Part shown: piece after piece, positions 9,369-19,576 of the stretch | Layout of the letters: the number at the start of each line of letters is the position of its first letter | How positions within the stretch are numbered: the stretch's first letter is position 1 | Origin: Nitrospirota bacterium | Lineage (GTDB): Bacteria; Nitrospirota; UBA9217 | Reading direction: 5' to 3' | DNA length: 64,000 bases | NCBI GenBank assembly: GCA_963826885.1 | Contig: CAWGYL010000009.1 | Span: forward strand, 172,176-236,175 | Translations under genes and position numbers: made by a program | The notes under the pieces: generated by a model | Seen by the model: only the letters and a program-made list of their open reading frames with translations | Database searches by the model: none | Told to the model about the DNA's origin: nothing

Positions 9369-10682
9369 CTAAGCTTTTACTATTTTACCTTTACTTTCGA
9401 GACCCTTCATTGCATTCCTAGTGTCCACGACTAGTAAAGAATGTTTAAGGATGAGTTTGTAATCATAACACGAGTGATCTGTAGCGATCACTACACAGTC
9501 ATAGCTTTTCAGCGTTTTTTCAGTTATTGGCACTGAGCGTTTCATGAGATCGTATTTTCGCATCTTTTTCGTCTTCGGAATGTAAGGATCATTGTAATCT
9601 ACTCTGGCACCCTTCTCTGTTAGAAGCTCAATAATCTTCAATGACGGCGATTCCCTAGTATCGTCTATATCTTTTTTATACGCAAGGCCCAGGATGAGAA
9701 TTTTTGATGACGGGAGGGTCTTCTTTTTCGCATTGAGTGCGCCCGTGACCTTATCTACGACGTAATTGGGCATAGAGGTATTAATTTCCCCAGCTAGTTC
9801 AATGAACTTGGTATGGAAATCATACTCCCTGGCCTTCCAAGTGAGATAGAAGGGATCAATGGGAATACAATGCCCGCCCAAACCAGGACCGGGATAGAAG
9901 GCCTGAAATCCAAAAGGTTTAGTCTTGGCCGCATCGATCACTTCAAAGACATCAATGCCCATCTTATCAAATAGTACCTTCATCTCATTTACCATTGCGA
10001 TGTTGATGGCCCGATAAATATTCTCGAGGAGTTTTGCTGCCTCCGCAACCCTGGTAGATGAAACCGGTATAGTCTGTGCAACAATAGCGCTATAGAGTGC
10101 ATCAGCGACCTTGAGACAATCTTTAGTATAGCCACCCACGATTTTTGGTATCGTGCTTGTTGTGTATTGCTTGTTGTTTGGATCCTCCCGCTCTGGTGAA
10201 AAAGCAAGATAAAAATCCTGGCCTGCTCTCAGGCCAGTTGCTTCAAGGATTTCCCGCACATCCGTGTCTGTCGTGCCTGGATAAGTCGTTGATTCAAGCA
10301 CAATAAGCTGTCCTCTGTGAAGGTGTTTGGCAACCGTTTTTGTTGTATCCAGTACAAAGGAGAGATCAGGCTCATGATGCTTCCCCAATGGTGTTGGTAC
10401 ACACATGATGACACAATCCGTGTTCTTTAGCATTGAAAAATTAGTGGTAGCCTTAAAACCCTTATTATTCTTAAGTGTTTTTATTTCTTTGTCAGGGATA
10501 TGTTTAATATAGGTCTTTCCCTGGTTTAAGTATTTGATTTTGTCTTCATCTATATCGAAACCAATAGTTTCAAATCCGGCTTTTACAAACTGGATAACCA
10601 AGGGTAGCCCGACATAACCGAGGCCAATTATACCTACTGTAGCTTCTCTTTTTTTAATTTTATCCTGAAGTACCATAGTCAA
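9369..10682 (-). CDS. UDP-N-acetylhexosamine (nucleotide-sugar) dehydrogenase, WbpA/WecC-like
   Basis: GLGYVG NAD-binding motif, CVPTP, LESTTYPGTT, FSPEREDP, catalytic GPGLGGHCIPIDP, GLAYK. Confidence 0.93.
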   Translation of the reverse strand: MTMVLQDKIKKREATVGIIGLGYVGLPLVIQFVKAGFETIGFDIDEDKIKYLNQGKTYIKHIPDKEIKTLKNNKGFKATTNFSMLKNTDCVIMCVPTPLGKHHEPDLSFVLDTTKTVAKHLHRGQLIVLESTTYPGTTDTDVREILEATGLRAGQDFYLAFSPEREDPNNKQYTTSTIPKIVGGYTKDCLKVADALYSAIVAQTIPVSSTRVAEAAKLLENIYRAINIAMVNEMKVLFDKMGIDVFEVIDAAKTKPFGFQAFYPGPGLGGHCIPIDPFYLTWKAREYDFHTKFIELAGEINTSMPNYVVDKVTGALNAKKKTLPSSKILILGLAYKKDIDDTRESPSLKIIELLTEKGARVDYNDPYIPKTKKMRKYDLMKRSVPITEKTLKSYDCVVIATDHSCYDYKLILKHSLLVVDTRNAMKGLESKGKIVKA

Positions 10683-10800
10683 TTATATAATCCTTTCTAA
10701 TTTTACTTGGTAATGGCAAAAGGTCTTAAAACACTTTTATGATAGTATATAGCCGCCCGGATTTCTTGGACACATTTTTATCTTAAAATATGTTGGCTGA

Positions 10801-11060
10801 CGTCGTGATGTAGTTGATGGTGCTGTCGAGCCAGCCGTCTCATAATTCGTTTTGTATTATGCCACAAGTCTCATGGTATTGGCAAGGGGTTGTGGTGTTT
10901 TCGGACGACTGTTTTTCCCTTTATATGTTTTATGAAACCGCTCCAGCATGCCGTTCGACTGCGGTTGGCCTCGGTGCCGATTCACGCAAGAGAGCCTCAA
11001 TCGATTCACCGAGTATACTCTGGAGGCGACTTCCTTCCCGCGTTCGACACTCCAGCGTTC
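10801..11060 (-). mobile_element. Degenerate IS3-family transposase fragment (integrase-core C-terminus)
   Basis: Minus-strand translation PQSNGMLERFHKTYKGKNSRPKTPQPLANTMRLVA*, then LDSTINYIT in a shifted frame; matches PQxNGxxERxHxTxK...RLHSAIGYITP. Confidence 0.72.
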
Positions 11061-11582
11061 AACTTAGGCTGAAGCAAGTGGTTTAAAATCATTCTCAATT
11101 TGACGGCCTCCTTGGACATATGTTTTAAACATTATAACAAACAAAACCGAGGCCGCTATTCCTTTATCTCCTTGTCGCAAAGTTATTTTTTCGCTCAGTT
11201 TCCCAAAAATTTGCAAATAGAAACAACGAACTTTTTTTCTTGCCAGCCTAGGCTGAATTGCTATATACTAGTCGTCCAGTAGCTGAGTAAAAAATGTTCT
11301 CCCGATATTTATAGGCTCCCGCATCAGTGCGGAAGTATGGCCTATTGGAGAATATATTTATATGCCTGTAACTATCGTGAGGAAACGTTATAAAACTAGA
11401 CAGCCTTTACACTATTCATCAGATTTTAAGTTTGTTGTTGTTCGAAATAAAACCCATTTCACAGGCTTTGTTCGCATATCGACCATGACGAAACAGAGAC
11501 CAGTGAAGACAACCAACTCATATTATGTTACTAACGTTGGGTTATTAATGATTCTCAAGTTCTATTAAATTTGCGTTCAGAC

Positions 11583-11598
11583 TGTGATTCTAATCACA
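11583..11598. promoter_or_regulatory. CRP-type binding site TGTGA-TTCTAA-TCACA upstream of the FN3 lipoprotein
   Basis: Exact match to TGTGA-N6-TCACA in an intergenic region about 180 bp before ATG 11777. Confidence 0.6.
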
Positions 11599-11776
11599 TT
11601 TTTTTTGACACTTTTCCCTTATAATTTGTTCAAGCTAGTGAGTGGTCATTGACCAGTACATTGAATTAATGTATCTTTTTGCGCTTCTCTGTTATCATCA
11701 TTATCCGATGTCCGGTAAGTAAGCCGCATAGAATATTTCTTTGGTGGCCTTTTTTATATAGATGGAGGATTATAAA

Positions 11777-12163
11777 ATGTCGTTCAAAAAATCATTCATT
11801 ATATTACTTACATTGTCTTTGTTTATAATTTTAGCGGGATGTGGAGGAGGATCAGGTGGTGCTAGTACTAGTGTCGGTCTAACGACGACAGGGACAGCAT
11901 CATTAACTTGGGATGCGCCTACCACAAGAGCGGATGGAACATCTTTGAACCCGGCGACTGATCTTTCAACATACAGGCTTTATTATGGGACATCATCCGG
12001 CAATTACACACAACATATAGATGTCGCACCGAATCTAACGGCTCCGTATGTAACAACGGATACCGTAACCCTAGCATCGGGGACATATTATTTCGCTGTG
12101 ACGGCGGTAGATACATTAGGGAATGAAAGTGCTTATTCAGCTGACGTTATGAGGACTCTTTAA
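11777..12163 (+). CDS. Lipoprotein with a fibronectin type III-like domain
   Basis: GGAGG RBS; lipobox LAGC; Gly/Ser linker; FN3 signatures LTWDAP, YRLYYG, GTYYFAVTAVD..GNES. Confidence 0.85.
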   Translation: MSFKKSFIILLTLSLFIILAGCGGGSGGASTSVGLTTTGTASLTWDAPTTRADGTSLNPATDLSTYRLYYGTSSGNYTQHIDVAPNLTAPYVTTDTVTLASGTYYFAVTAVDTLGNESAYSADVMRTL

Positions 12164-12184
12164 TTCGAACGCATACACCCCTTA

Positions 12185-12220
12185 TTATCTCCTCTCCCCT
12201 CTAGCCGTGAGAGGAGATAA
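12185..12220. terminator. Inverted repeat between convergent genes (likely bidirectional terminator or REP-like element)
   Basis: TTATCTCCTCTC-N12-GAGAGGAGATAA, a perfect 12-bp stem between stops at 12163 (+) and 12253 (-). Confidence 0.55.
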
Positions 12221-12252
12221 TCCATCTCACCATGATAATTCATTTAATACAA

Positions 12253-14343
12253 TTATTTATTCTTTTCAAATTTTAAAATTGCATCAACAGCTTCATCCAT
12301 TTTGATTACGGGCGACCATTGTATCGTTGCCTTTATTTTGGAATTATCGTATCTGACATTCCGCTGAGAAGATATTAACCGGTAGCGGGTGAGAAACGGT
12401 GATCTTTTTAATATCCTGAACAATATTTCTTGCCCCCATATTATGGCGGATAGCAGCATATAGGGAAAGTAAACAACAAAGGCATTTGGGTATAACTTTT
12501 TCATGACCTGATCAATGTACTGTTTTTTGGTGATTTTTTCATCGTCTACAACATTAAACGTTTGGTTATTGGCTTTCTCATTCTGAATGGTCGTGATAAC
12601 AGCAGATACAAGATTATCAATATATACGAAAGGTAATTCAAACTTGCCGTTTCCGATAACGATGAAAGCCTTCTTCATCAGAGAGAAACCCATCATGGGC
12701 GTAAAAAGATCCCCACCAGGACCGAAGACGGTCCCTGGCCGTAAAATCACTATGGGAAATTCATTTTTCCCTGTGGCCTCCGCAACAAAATTCTCGGCTT
12801 GTTGTTTGGAAGCAGAATAATCTCCTCTTTTGGTCGGATATTTTTCTAAAGCAGACTTTTCGGTTACCACTTGATCTGTTTTATAATCTGCCACTCCATA
12901 CACACTGCAAGAACTGATATAAATGAGCTTACTGACCTTTTTGTTTCCGCTCACTTCTAAAATGTTCCGTGTCCCCTGTATAGTCCCGGTTTCACAATCC
13001 TTCTTTCGTCCGCTTGTACCGGCTGCTGCATGCACCACCACATCAACACCGTCAAATGATCGCGTTAGGGACTCTTTATCACCGACATCTCCATAAAAGA
13101 TCTCTACCCCCAATCTTTCCAATGGTTCTATATTCGAAAGTTTCCTGGCTAAAACACGGACCGGATAACCTTCTCTCACCAGACCTTCAACCAGCCTTTT
13201 ACCCAAAAAGCCGGTTCCACCTGTAATCAGGACCTTTTCTTGATGCTTTAACGGATAAGATGCGTGCGGAATGATCGGATCAAACTTTAGAGGTTCGGGT
13301 TTCAACTGCTGCCAAATTTTGTCCATGGTTTCAATTACGAGCAGTGCTTGCTGTTTTGTAACAGGCATCTCACTATTGCCTTTAATTGAATCATAAAACC
13401 GATGGATAAGAATTTTCATCCCCTGATAGGGCTTCAGCTTACCCCGTGCGAAATTAATAACATTGGCTGTTGTTGATTTGAACAGCTGCCAGCTTTCAGA
13501 AAGGTTGTAGGTAGCTTTTTGGGCGGCTTTCGGGAGTGAGCTTACCGGATGCAGGACGTTCGACATCGTATTAAAATCCACTTCAGCCATCATATTAGTA
13601 CCATAGATCCTTACAAAATGAAGATGGGGCTTTGCCGCAAAAGAAAACGTCAGCGTCCCAAAGGCTTTCTCTCCTTTGATCAATATCCTAAGCTCGTCCG
13701 GTATCCCGTGGGGGAGAGTTCCGAACGACTTGTGCATAACCTTGACCTCAAGGGGCTTCCCCGTGTAATCGAGCATCACGTAGAGAGGATGCGCCATGAA
13801 GTCATGGTAAACGCCGCCAGGCATGTTATATAGCCAGGGCAACACGTTCGGCATAGGATACTCCCTGAAGGCTGGGATCTGCGTATTGAGGCCGTAATAG
13901 CTCTCGATATTGATGATCTTACCGAAGTCTCCACTTTTTACGCGCTCATGAACAGCAGCCATGCAGGGATCGTAAAAATGGTTATGCATGGCGCAAAGCT
14001 TGACTCCATGTTGCTCGGCCAGATCGAAGAGTTCCGTCGCCTCCCGTAGGTTCAGCGCCAATGGTTTTTCGATCAAAACATTGCATTTAGCCTGGATCGC
14101 TTCTTTCGCGACATGATAATGCGTTTGCGGCGGGGTCACGATGTGGATGACATCCGGTTTTACATGTTCAACGAGATCCCTGATGCTCGAGAAAACAGCT
14201 TTTATGTCGTATTTCGACGCACACTCGCTGGCTTTCCGATCGTCTTTATCGACGATGCCGACGATTTCTGCACCGGGATACGCCTTCACAAAATTAATGT
14301 GGTAGTCGGAGTTCAGGCCACAGCCCACAATACCTACTTTCAT
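12253..14343 (-). CDS. Gfo/Idh/MocA oxidoreductase fused to an NAD-dependent epimerase/dehydratase (extended SDR)
   Basis: N-half: GIVGCG, HIVTPP, VLIEKPL. C-half: ITGGTGFLG, VVVHAAA, YSASK, LRPGTVFG. Confidence 0.88.
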   Translation of the reverse strand: MKVGIVGCGLNSDYHINFVKAYPGAEIVGIVDKDDRKASECASKYDIKAVFSSIRDLVEHVKPDVIHIVTPPQTHYHVAKEAIQAKCNVLIEKPLALNLREATELFDLAEQHGVKLCAMHNHFYDPCMAAVHERVKSGDFGKIINIESYYGLNTQIPAFREYPMPNVLPWLYNMPGGVYHDFMAHPLYVMLDYTGKPLEVKVMHKSFGTLPHGIPDELRILIKGEKAFGTLTFSFAAKPHLHFVRIYGTNMMAEVDFNTMSNVLHPVSSLPKAAQKATYNLSESWQLFKSTTANVINFARGKLKPYQGMKILIHRFYDSIKGNSEMPVTKQQALLVIETMDKIWQQLKPEPLKFDPIIPHASYPLKHQEKVLITGGTGFLGKRLVEGLVREGYPVRVLARKLSNIEPLERLGVEIFYGDVGDKESLTRSFDGVDVVVHAAAGTSGRKKDCETGTIQGTRNILEVSGNKKVSKLIYISSCSVYGVADYKTDQVVTEKSALEKYPTKRGDYSASKQQAENFVAEATGKNEFPIVILRPGTVFGPGGDLFTPMMGFSLMKKAFIVIGNGKFELPFVYIDNLVSAVITTIQNEKANNQTFNVVDDEKITKKQYIDQVMKKLYPNAFVVYFPYMLLSAIIWGQEILFRILKRSPFLTRYRLISSQRNVRYDNSKIKATIQWSPVIKMDEAVDAILKFEKNK

Positions 14344-14386
14344 AGTTCACCTCTGAGTCGTTCTTGAATTTTTTTTAAAGATCTCT

Positions 14387-15157
14387 TCATGCAAACAACC
14401 TCATTTCAGTTGGAACCGATAAATGTCCTTCTTCAGATTGCCGATCGTCGTAAAAAGGCAGAACAATTCTTTCATAGAGAAAAAGCTTCATGTACTCATA
14501 AAGCTCACCACGGAGACCGATGGGTTCAGCCACACCATAAATTGAGAGGGTCAATCCCCGGTCTTGAAATACTCTTGAAAATGTTGTCAAGGTCCTCCTC
14601 GTGTGGAACGATGATGTGACCAGAATTATATGAGTGTAGTTTCTCTTAGACGCCAGGGCCCGCATTCCCCTTGCTTCAGAAAGCGTTCCAAAAAAGCCCC
14701 TTTTCATCGCAACTACCTCAATGTTTTTTTGCGGAACCTTCAGATCAACCAACCATCGAATGGCCCATTCGTCATTTGTAAGATTTCTGTTGAGCTGCGG
14801 ATCGTATTCGGTGATCCCGGGCTCACTCATAAATATTATTTTTTCACATACCCCCCTGTGGTAAAGGTCGGCGGCGAGTTTAAATTTGTATACCAGGCTG
14901 ATTTGGGTGCCGCCAAGAACATAGAGGATCGTACCGGGCTTTGTGTTTCCCAGGGAACTGCCGTTCTTCATAGCGTTCACAATTACGAGTCTGTCCAGCA
15001 ATGCACGTTTAAGCTTCCCATGGCCAGGGAAACTTTTAATACTTAGTAAGAGTATTACTCCGAAACAGGCAATGAGAACGGCAAGTAAAGATAAGCAGAC
15101 ACACTTAGCCAGCATTCTCTTGAATGTTTTTGTATTTGCAGAAATGGCCGACATCAC
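14387..15157 (-). CDS. YdcF/DUF218 (ElyC-like) family protein
   Basis: N-terminal TM segment; YVLGG, GTLSEA and ILVTSSFHTRR motifs; C-terminal ELYEYMKLFLY. Confidence 0.8.
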   Translation of the reverse strand: MMSAISANTKTFKRMLAKCVCLSLLAVLIACFGVILLLSIKSFPGHGKLKRALLDRLVIVNAMKNGSSLGNTKPGTILYVLGGTQISLVYKFKLAADLYHRGVCEKIIFMSEPGITEYDPQLNRNLTNDEWAIRWLVDLKVPQKNIEVVAMKRGFFGTLSEARGMRALASKRNYTHIILVTSSFHTRRTLTTFSRVFQDRGLTLSIYGVAEPIGLRGELYEYMKLFLYERIVLPFYDDRQSEEGHLSVPTEMRLFA

Positions 15158-15266
15158 CGGTGAAAGACAACCACTACTGGAGTCGTTGCTTTAGCGGACT
15201 TTCCTGGAAATTGCTGAATTATCCTAAAAAAAATGAAACGCGCGTGATATTTTCCTGATTTTTTTT

Positions 15267-16247
15267 CTAATGGGATATTCTGCTGATGTCTGACAAAGTC
15301 AGGGATTGTAGGCGAGTGGCTAACGAGAGATATTCAAGGATTTTCTCGATTCTTTGATAAAACTCTTCAAGCTCCTTGGAGTTTCTCACAAAAGGACTCT
15401 TACCCGGGAGTAATGAGGTGCTGTGAAAAGTCAGATTAAGAGTCTTTGCTCTGTTGGCTACCATCACTCTTGCCAGAGCGATCATGTCGTTAGCCGAGCT
15501 TTCTTCCGGAGAGAACCAGATCTTTTGGAGTAGGCCGATACGGTTTGCAATGCCGGCCAGATGCAGTGTTTTCAATTTCTCACTTTGCAATATTAAATAT
15601 ATCTTTTGCCAGAATGCAAACGGCCACCGGTTAAAACCAATCGTGGCAGGAAGCTCCAGGATAGAAGAATGGTTGTCCTTACCGCATCTGTCCCCTTCAG
15701 CAGACAGCCAATATTGTTCTGTATTTGTTTCACGGTATTCAGGTCCATCTCCGCAATTCACCCATGATATTGTTGGGGTAACACTGCTGTCAACCAGATA
15801 ATTGCAGGCGATGAGTGCCCTAATGGTTTCAGGGCCGAGACCCCAACGGCCCGCTCTGAATGTCTGGGGTCTTATTCCAAGGAAACTCTCAATTTTATCA
15901 GTGAGCACAATTAATTTTTCCATTTGCAACTCGAAAGGCAGATTCTTGAGCATGCTGTTTCTTTCATTGACAATTTCTTTAAAAGGCGGTGTATTCCAAG
16001 GATGCAAGTGTGATCCTATTTCGCACTTACTCTGGGATTTTATATCAGCAAGAATGTCTGCCGCCCACTTACTAGATGCAACCTGATACGTTACAAGATA
16101 TGTCGGCTTGATACTATATCGATCGAAAAGATCCTGCAAGCGAGGGACCATTCGAACATTCTCTGCGGTAAATTTAGAATGCTGGTGACCCCAGTCATCT
16201 TCTTCTGTATCGATGGTAACAACGAGATTTACGTCGGGCAATGTCAT
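15267..16247 (-). CDS. Polysaccharide deacetylase (WalW-like)
   Basis: VTIDTEED, EIGSHLHPW, FRAGRW, DSSVTP, FHSTSL motifs. Confidence 0.85.
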   Translation of the reverse strand: MTLPDVNLVVTIDTEEDDWGHQHSKFTAENVRMVPRLQDLFDRYSIKPTYLVTYQVASSKWAADILADIKSQSKCEIGSHLHPWNTPPFKEIVNERNSMLKNLPFELQMEKLIVLTDKIESFLGIRPQTFRAGRWGLGPETIRALIACNYLVDSSVTPTISWVNCGDGPEYRETNTEQYWLSAEGDRCGKDNHSSILELPATIGFNRWPFAFWQKIYLILQSEKLKTLHLAGIANRIGLLQKIWFSPEESSANDMIALARVMVANRAKTLNLTFHSTSLLPGKSPFVRNSKELEEFYQRIEKILEYLSLATRLQSLTLSDISRISH

Positions 16248-16649
16248 ATTTTTATGTGGGTGGCTGACTTAATCAAGTACCCCTAAAGTTTGTGATTATG
16301 TTTCTTGGCATAAAGTGCTTTGACTGTCAGTGGCCATGCAGTCAAAGTATGATAGGGACTCTGTGGCTTTCATCAAGAATACATACTACATGTTGGGAGC
16401 ACTGGAGTCAACCAGCCACCCACAATATGATATAACTTTCCTGTTCCAAAAGACGCCGAAGAGTTCCTCATCATCTATAATTATAATTAATTTTATCCAC
16501 TTTTAATACATTTTATCAATATCTTATAGTAATTGAATGACGACAAATTATACCGCGTTACTCTTATCACATTTATCGACATGTCGAGCTAAAAACTTTA
16601 ATTTTTTGTCAGGGTAAAATATCCCGATTGACTGGTTAAAATTTGCACT

Positions 16650-17110
16650 CGAGAGAATACATCCCTATACTCACGCGGTTTTCATTCCTTGAAACTCTAA
16701 TGTTTCAGTCTACGATTTCTCTGAGTGTTGCAACTCGGAGGGCTGAATATAGCTGCTTTTACAATGTCTTGGAATACTCTCGTTTGAAGAGCTTCTCGCA
16801 AGCCATAAAAATGCTGTCCAAGATAGAACCTATCTTGTACAAGTGTAAATTTGACCACGAATCGATGGTTTTTTGGCCAGTACGATACAAGTCGGCTGTT
16901 TTTTGAAATCTGGCTATGAGGCTTCTCTGCATACCGCCCATTACATATATGATATTGTTTGGTAGCGACCTGGATTTATCGGGAAATTCGAGAAGCGACT
17001 TGATATGGACAAACGCTTTATCAATAGGCTTTCACATTCTTTTAGACGGGCGCGCTCTCAATGAACATCCAAAGACTAAACAGGAAAACAGCAAGAATTG
17101 CAGTTATTAA
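16650..17110 (-). pseudogene. Decayed second copy of the YdcF/DUF218 gene
   Basis: IIYVMGGMQRSLIARFQKTADLYRTG aligns with ILYVLGGTQISLVYKFKLAADLYHRG of 14387-15157. An upstream TM-like stretch ends in stops and frameshifts. Boundaries approximate. Confidence 0.7.
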
Positions 17111-17214
17111 TACTATCTTTTAATTTTGGGCTTTACCCAAAACAACCGTTGCCTTCCGTAACTTGCAAGATCACTTTTCCCGAGTTACAAGAGTCATAAA
17201 TGAACGCCACACGC

Positions 17215-18312
17215 CTAGTACTCTACCTGTTTCACTGAGGCTTTGGATGAAAGACAGGACGATTTATTATTGTTGTAGGTCGAACCGAACAAAATTGGGC
17301 CGTAGGGTATCCTGTTTATTAGAATTGTCAGAAGATAACTGGAAAACAAAACAAGAACACATAAAAATATATATGACAATAGAGGTGATTTTATAAAATA
17401 ATTTGTCACTCTAGAGATAGCTTTTAAGATTATTGGTGCATGCAATAAGTATATACCCATAGTATTTGCACCTATGGAATTGACCAAAGATAAATTAGCA
17501 GGAAATAAAGAAAGAGCAAAGTAAAAGCTTAATAAATAAAAATACTGTATAATAATGCCGATAAAGGGAACAGTGAGCACTGTTTTGCTTATAAAATAGA
17601 TTGTGCATAACAGTGAGAAAAATAGAGCAAACCCCATTGCTTTATTAATATCTTTATTAAAAATATATAGATTTATACCAACTAAATAAAATTGCATTCC
17701 CCAAAGAGCATGCAATATAGGCTCTTGTCCACCATCGATATTTAAATAAGGAAATAAAATATATTTCGCTGTCAATAATAGAATGATGAACATAATACTT
17801 AAAATAATCACATAGTGCCGATTTATTTTAAATAATTGCTTTGTAACGGGAAACATCAGACGAATCAAAAATAGCGAGAAAAGAAAATATAGTTGTGGCG
17901 CGATTACTGAACCATAGCTGTATTTCACTATTGTCATTATTGGCTGTCCAACAAGCTCTTTTATGTCAAAAAAATTGTAAAGCTCGAAAATATATCTAAC
18001 AATAGAATAGCCAATAACAAATATTGCCCAAGGTATTAACAATCTCGTGGCGCTTTTTTTAATATAGTATAAATAAGTTACCTTTGGTTTGAATACGTTC
18101 ATATGTGCAAACAGGAAACCGTCTACAAGAAAAAAAACCGGGACTGAAATGGTCTGAACGATAAACCTTATTGCGTCATGAGTGGTATTAGGTAGTTTAG
18201 AGCAATATCCGAGTGCATGAACGCCAACAACCATCAATATAGCGAATGCTCGCATACTGTCTAAATAAATTATACGCTCTTCATTGATATTATCTTCGCG
18301 TAACTTATTCAT
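17215..18312 (-). CDS. Acyltransferase family 3 (membrane O-acyltransferase)
   Basis: RIIYLDSMRAFAILMVVGVH, SVPVFFLVDG, QLYFL, TMGIYLLH; multiple TM helices. ATG 18312 (ORF track start 18327, TTG). Confidence 0.9.
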   Translation of the reverse strand: MNKLREDNINEERIIYLDSMRAFAILMVVGVHALGYCSKLPNTTHDAIRFIVQTISVPVFFLVDGFLFAHMNVFKPKVTYLYYIKKSATRLLIPWAIFVIGYSIVRYIFELYNFFDIKELVGQPIMTIVKYSYGSVIAPQLYFLFSLFLIRLMFPVTKQLFKINRHYVIILSIMFIILLLTAKYILFPYLNIDGGQEPILHALWGMQFYLVGINLYIFNKDINKAMGFALFFSLLCTIYFISKTVLTVPFIGIIIQYFYLLSFYFALSLFPANLSLVNSIGANTMGIYLLHAPIILKAISRVTNYFIKSPLLSYIFLCVLVLFSSYLLTILINRIPYGPILFGSTYNNNKSSCLSSKASVKQVEY

Positions 18313-18316
18313 AGTG

Positions 18317-19323
18317 TTATTCTTCAAAGTATTCTTTGACTGCCTGAATACAGTTCCCCACTTCCAGTAATGTTAGCGATGTCAGATTCGTGGCTGGCGC
18401 CAAATACTCAAGGATTTTCTCAATTTTCAAATTAAACTGCTCGTGTTCTTCATTGTTCTTGACAGGGCTTTTCCCGAGAAGCAGCGTTGTACTGTGAAGA
18501 CTGAAGTCCAAATATTGCGCACAATTATCAATCATTACCCTCGACAACCAATCATATCAGCTGATGAGCTTTCTTCGGAAGAAAGCCAGATCATACGTAG
18601 TAGTTCTGCACTGTGCATGATCCCGACAGTCCCAGAAGCCTAAGCCAATCGCTTTGGAGCTGCACATAAACCTTTGTCTAAATTCAAACGGCCATCTGTT
18701 AAGCTCGATGGTATCCGGAACCAGGAGCTAGTTTCCACCGACATTTCTCGTACCACCGCCAACCGAGAGCCAATAGGGTCTCTTTTTTACTTCAGGATAC
18801 TCAGAACCCTCACCGCAGATTGCCCCTAAAAATATGGTCGGCTTGGGCTTGACACTGCTGTCAATCACATACCCGCACTCAATAAATGCGTTAATAGTTT
18901 CAGAACCTGACCTTCAGCGGCCTGATCTGAAATAGCGAGGGCTTTTCTCAGGGAAATAATAGATTTTTTCGGTAAGCACACGCAACTGATCCAATTTGAA
19001 GTAAAGCAAATTCTTGACCATGCTATTTCTTTCATAGATATCTTCTTTTAAAGGTGGCGTATTCCAAGGGTGCACATGTGCTCCAATCTCGCATTTGTTT
19101 TGGGATCGTATCTGATTACGAATATCAGCTGCCCACTCGCAAGAAGTATACCTGATAAGTTAAGAGGTAAGTCGACCTGATAATGTATCGATCGAGAAGA
19201 TCCTTGAGGCGAGGGAGCATTCGAACATTTTCGACGGTAAATTCAGCCTGCTTGTAGTCTCAGTTGTCTTCTTCCGTATTGATGATAACGACGGGGTACA
19301 AGTTGGTAAGTGTGATTTTTCAT
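18317..19323 (-). pseudogene. Pseudogene copy of the WalW-like polysaccharide deacetylase
   Basis: Colinear with 15267-16247: VIINTEEDN* (TGG>TGA), KCEIGAHVHPWNTPPLKE, FRSGR* (TGG>TGA), SLHSTTLLLGKSP, IEKILEYL; frameshift in the A-run after the ATG. Confidence 0.88.
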
Positions 19324-19576
19324 ACGCTGAGCGCTCAAGGCAACGTTTTTTACGAAGTGCGAGGGAATTTTAACAACGATAAGGAATGCACAGCAGAATT
19401 ACTTAAACGATGACTATAACTGTGCGGCATTTATCATCAATACTGATTTACATAAAATAAATATAAACTTATCCTTGATGCGAACTTGCCCCTCACCTCG
19501 GTCCTCTCCCCGGCAGAGCAAGAATTAAGGTTTGGGGGATGTTTTAACTCAACAATAATTATATTTCAACGACATG

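Noticed and set aside
19486-19520. CCCCTCACCTCGGTCCTCTCCCC REP-like motif, loosely similar to 12180-12220
   Set aside because: Only a half-palindrome and too degenerate to call a repeat family from two copies.
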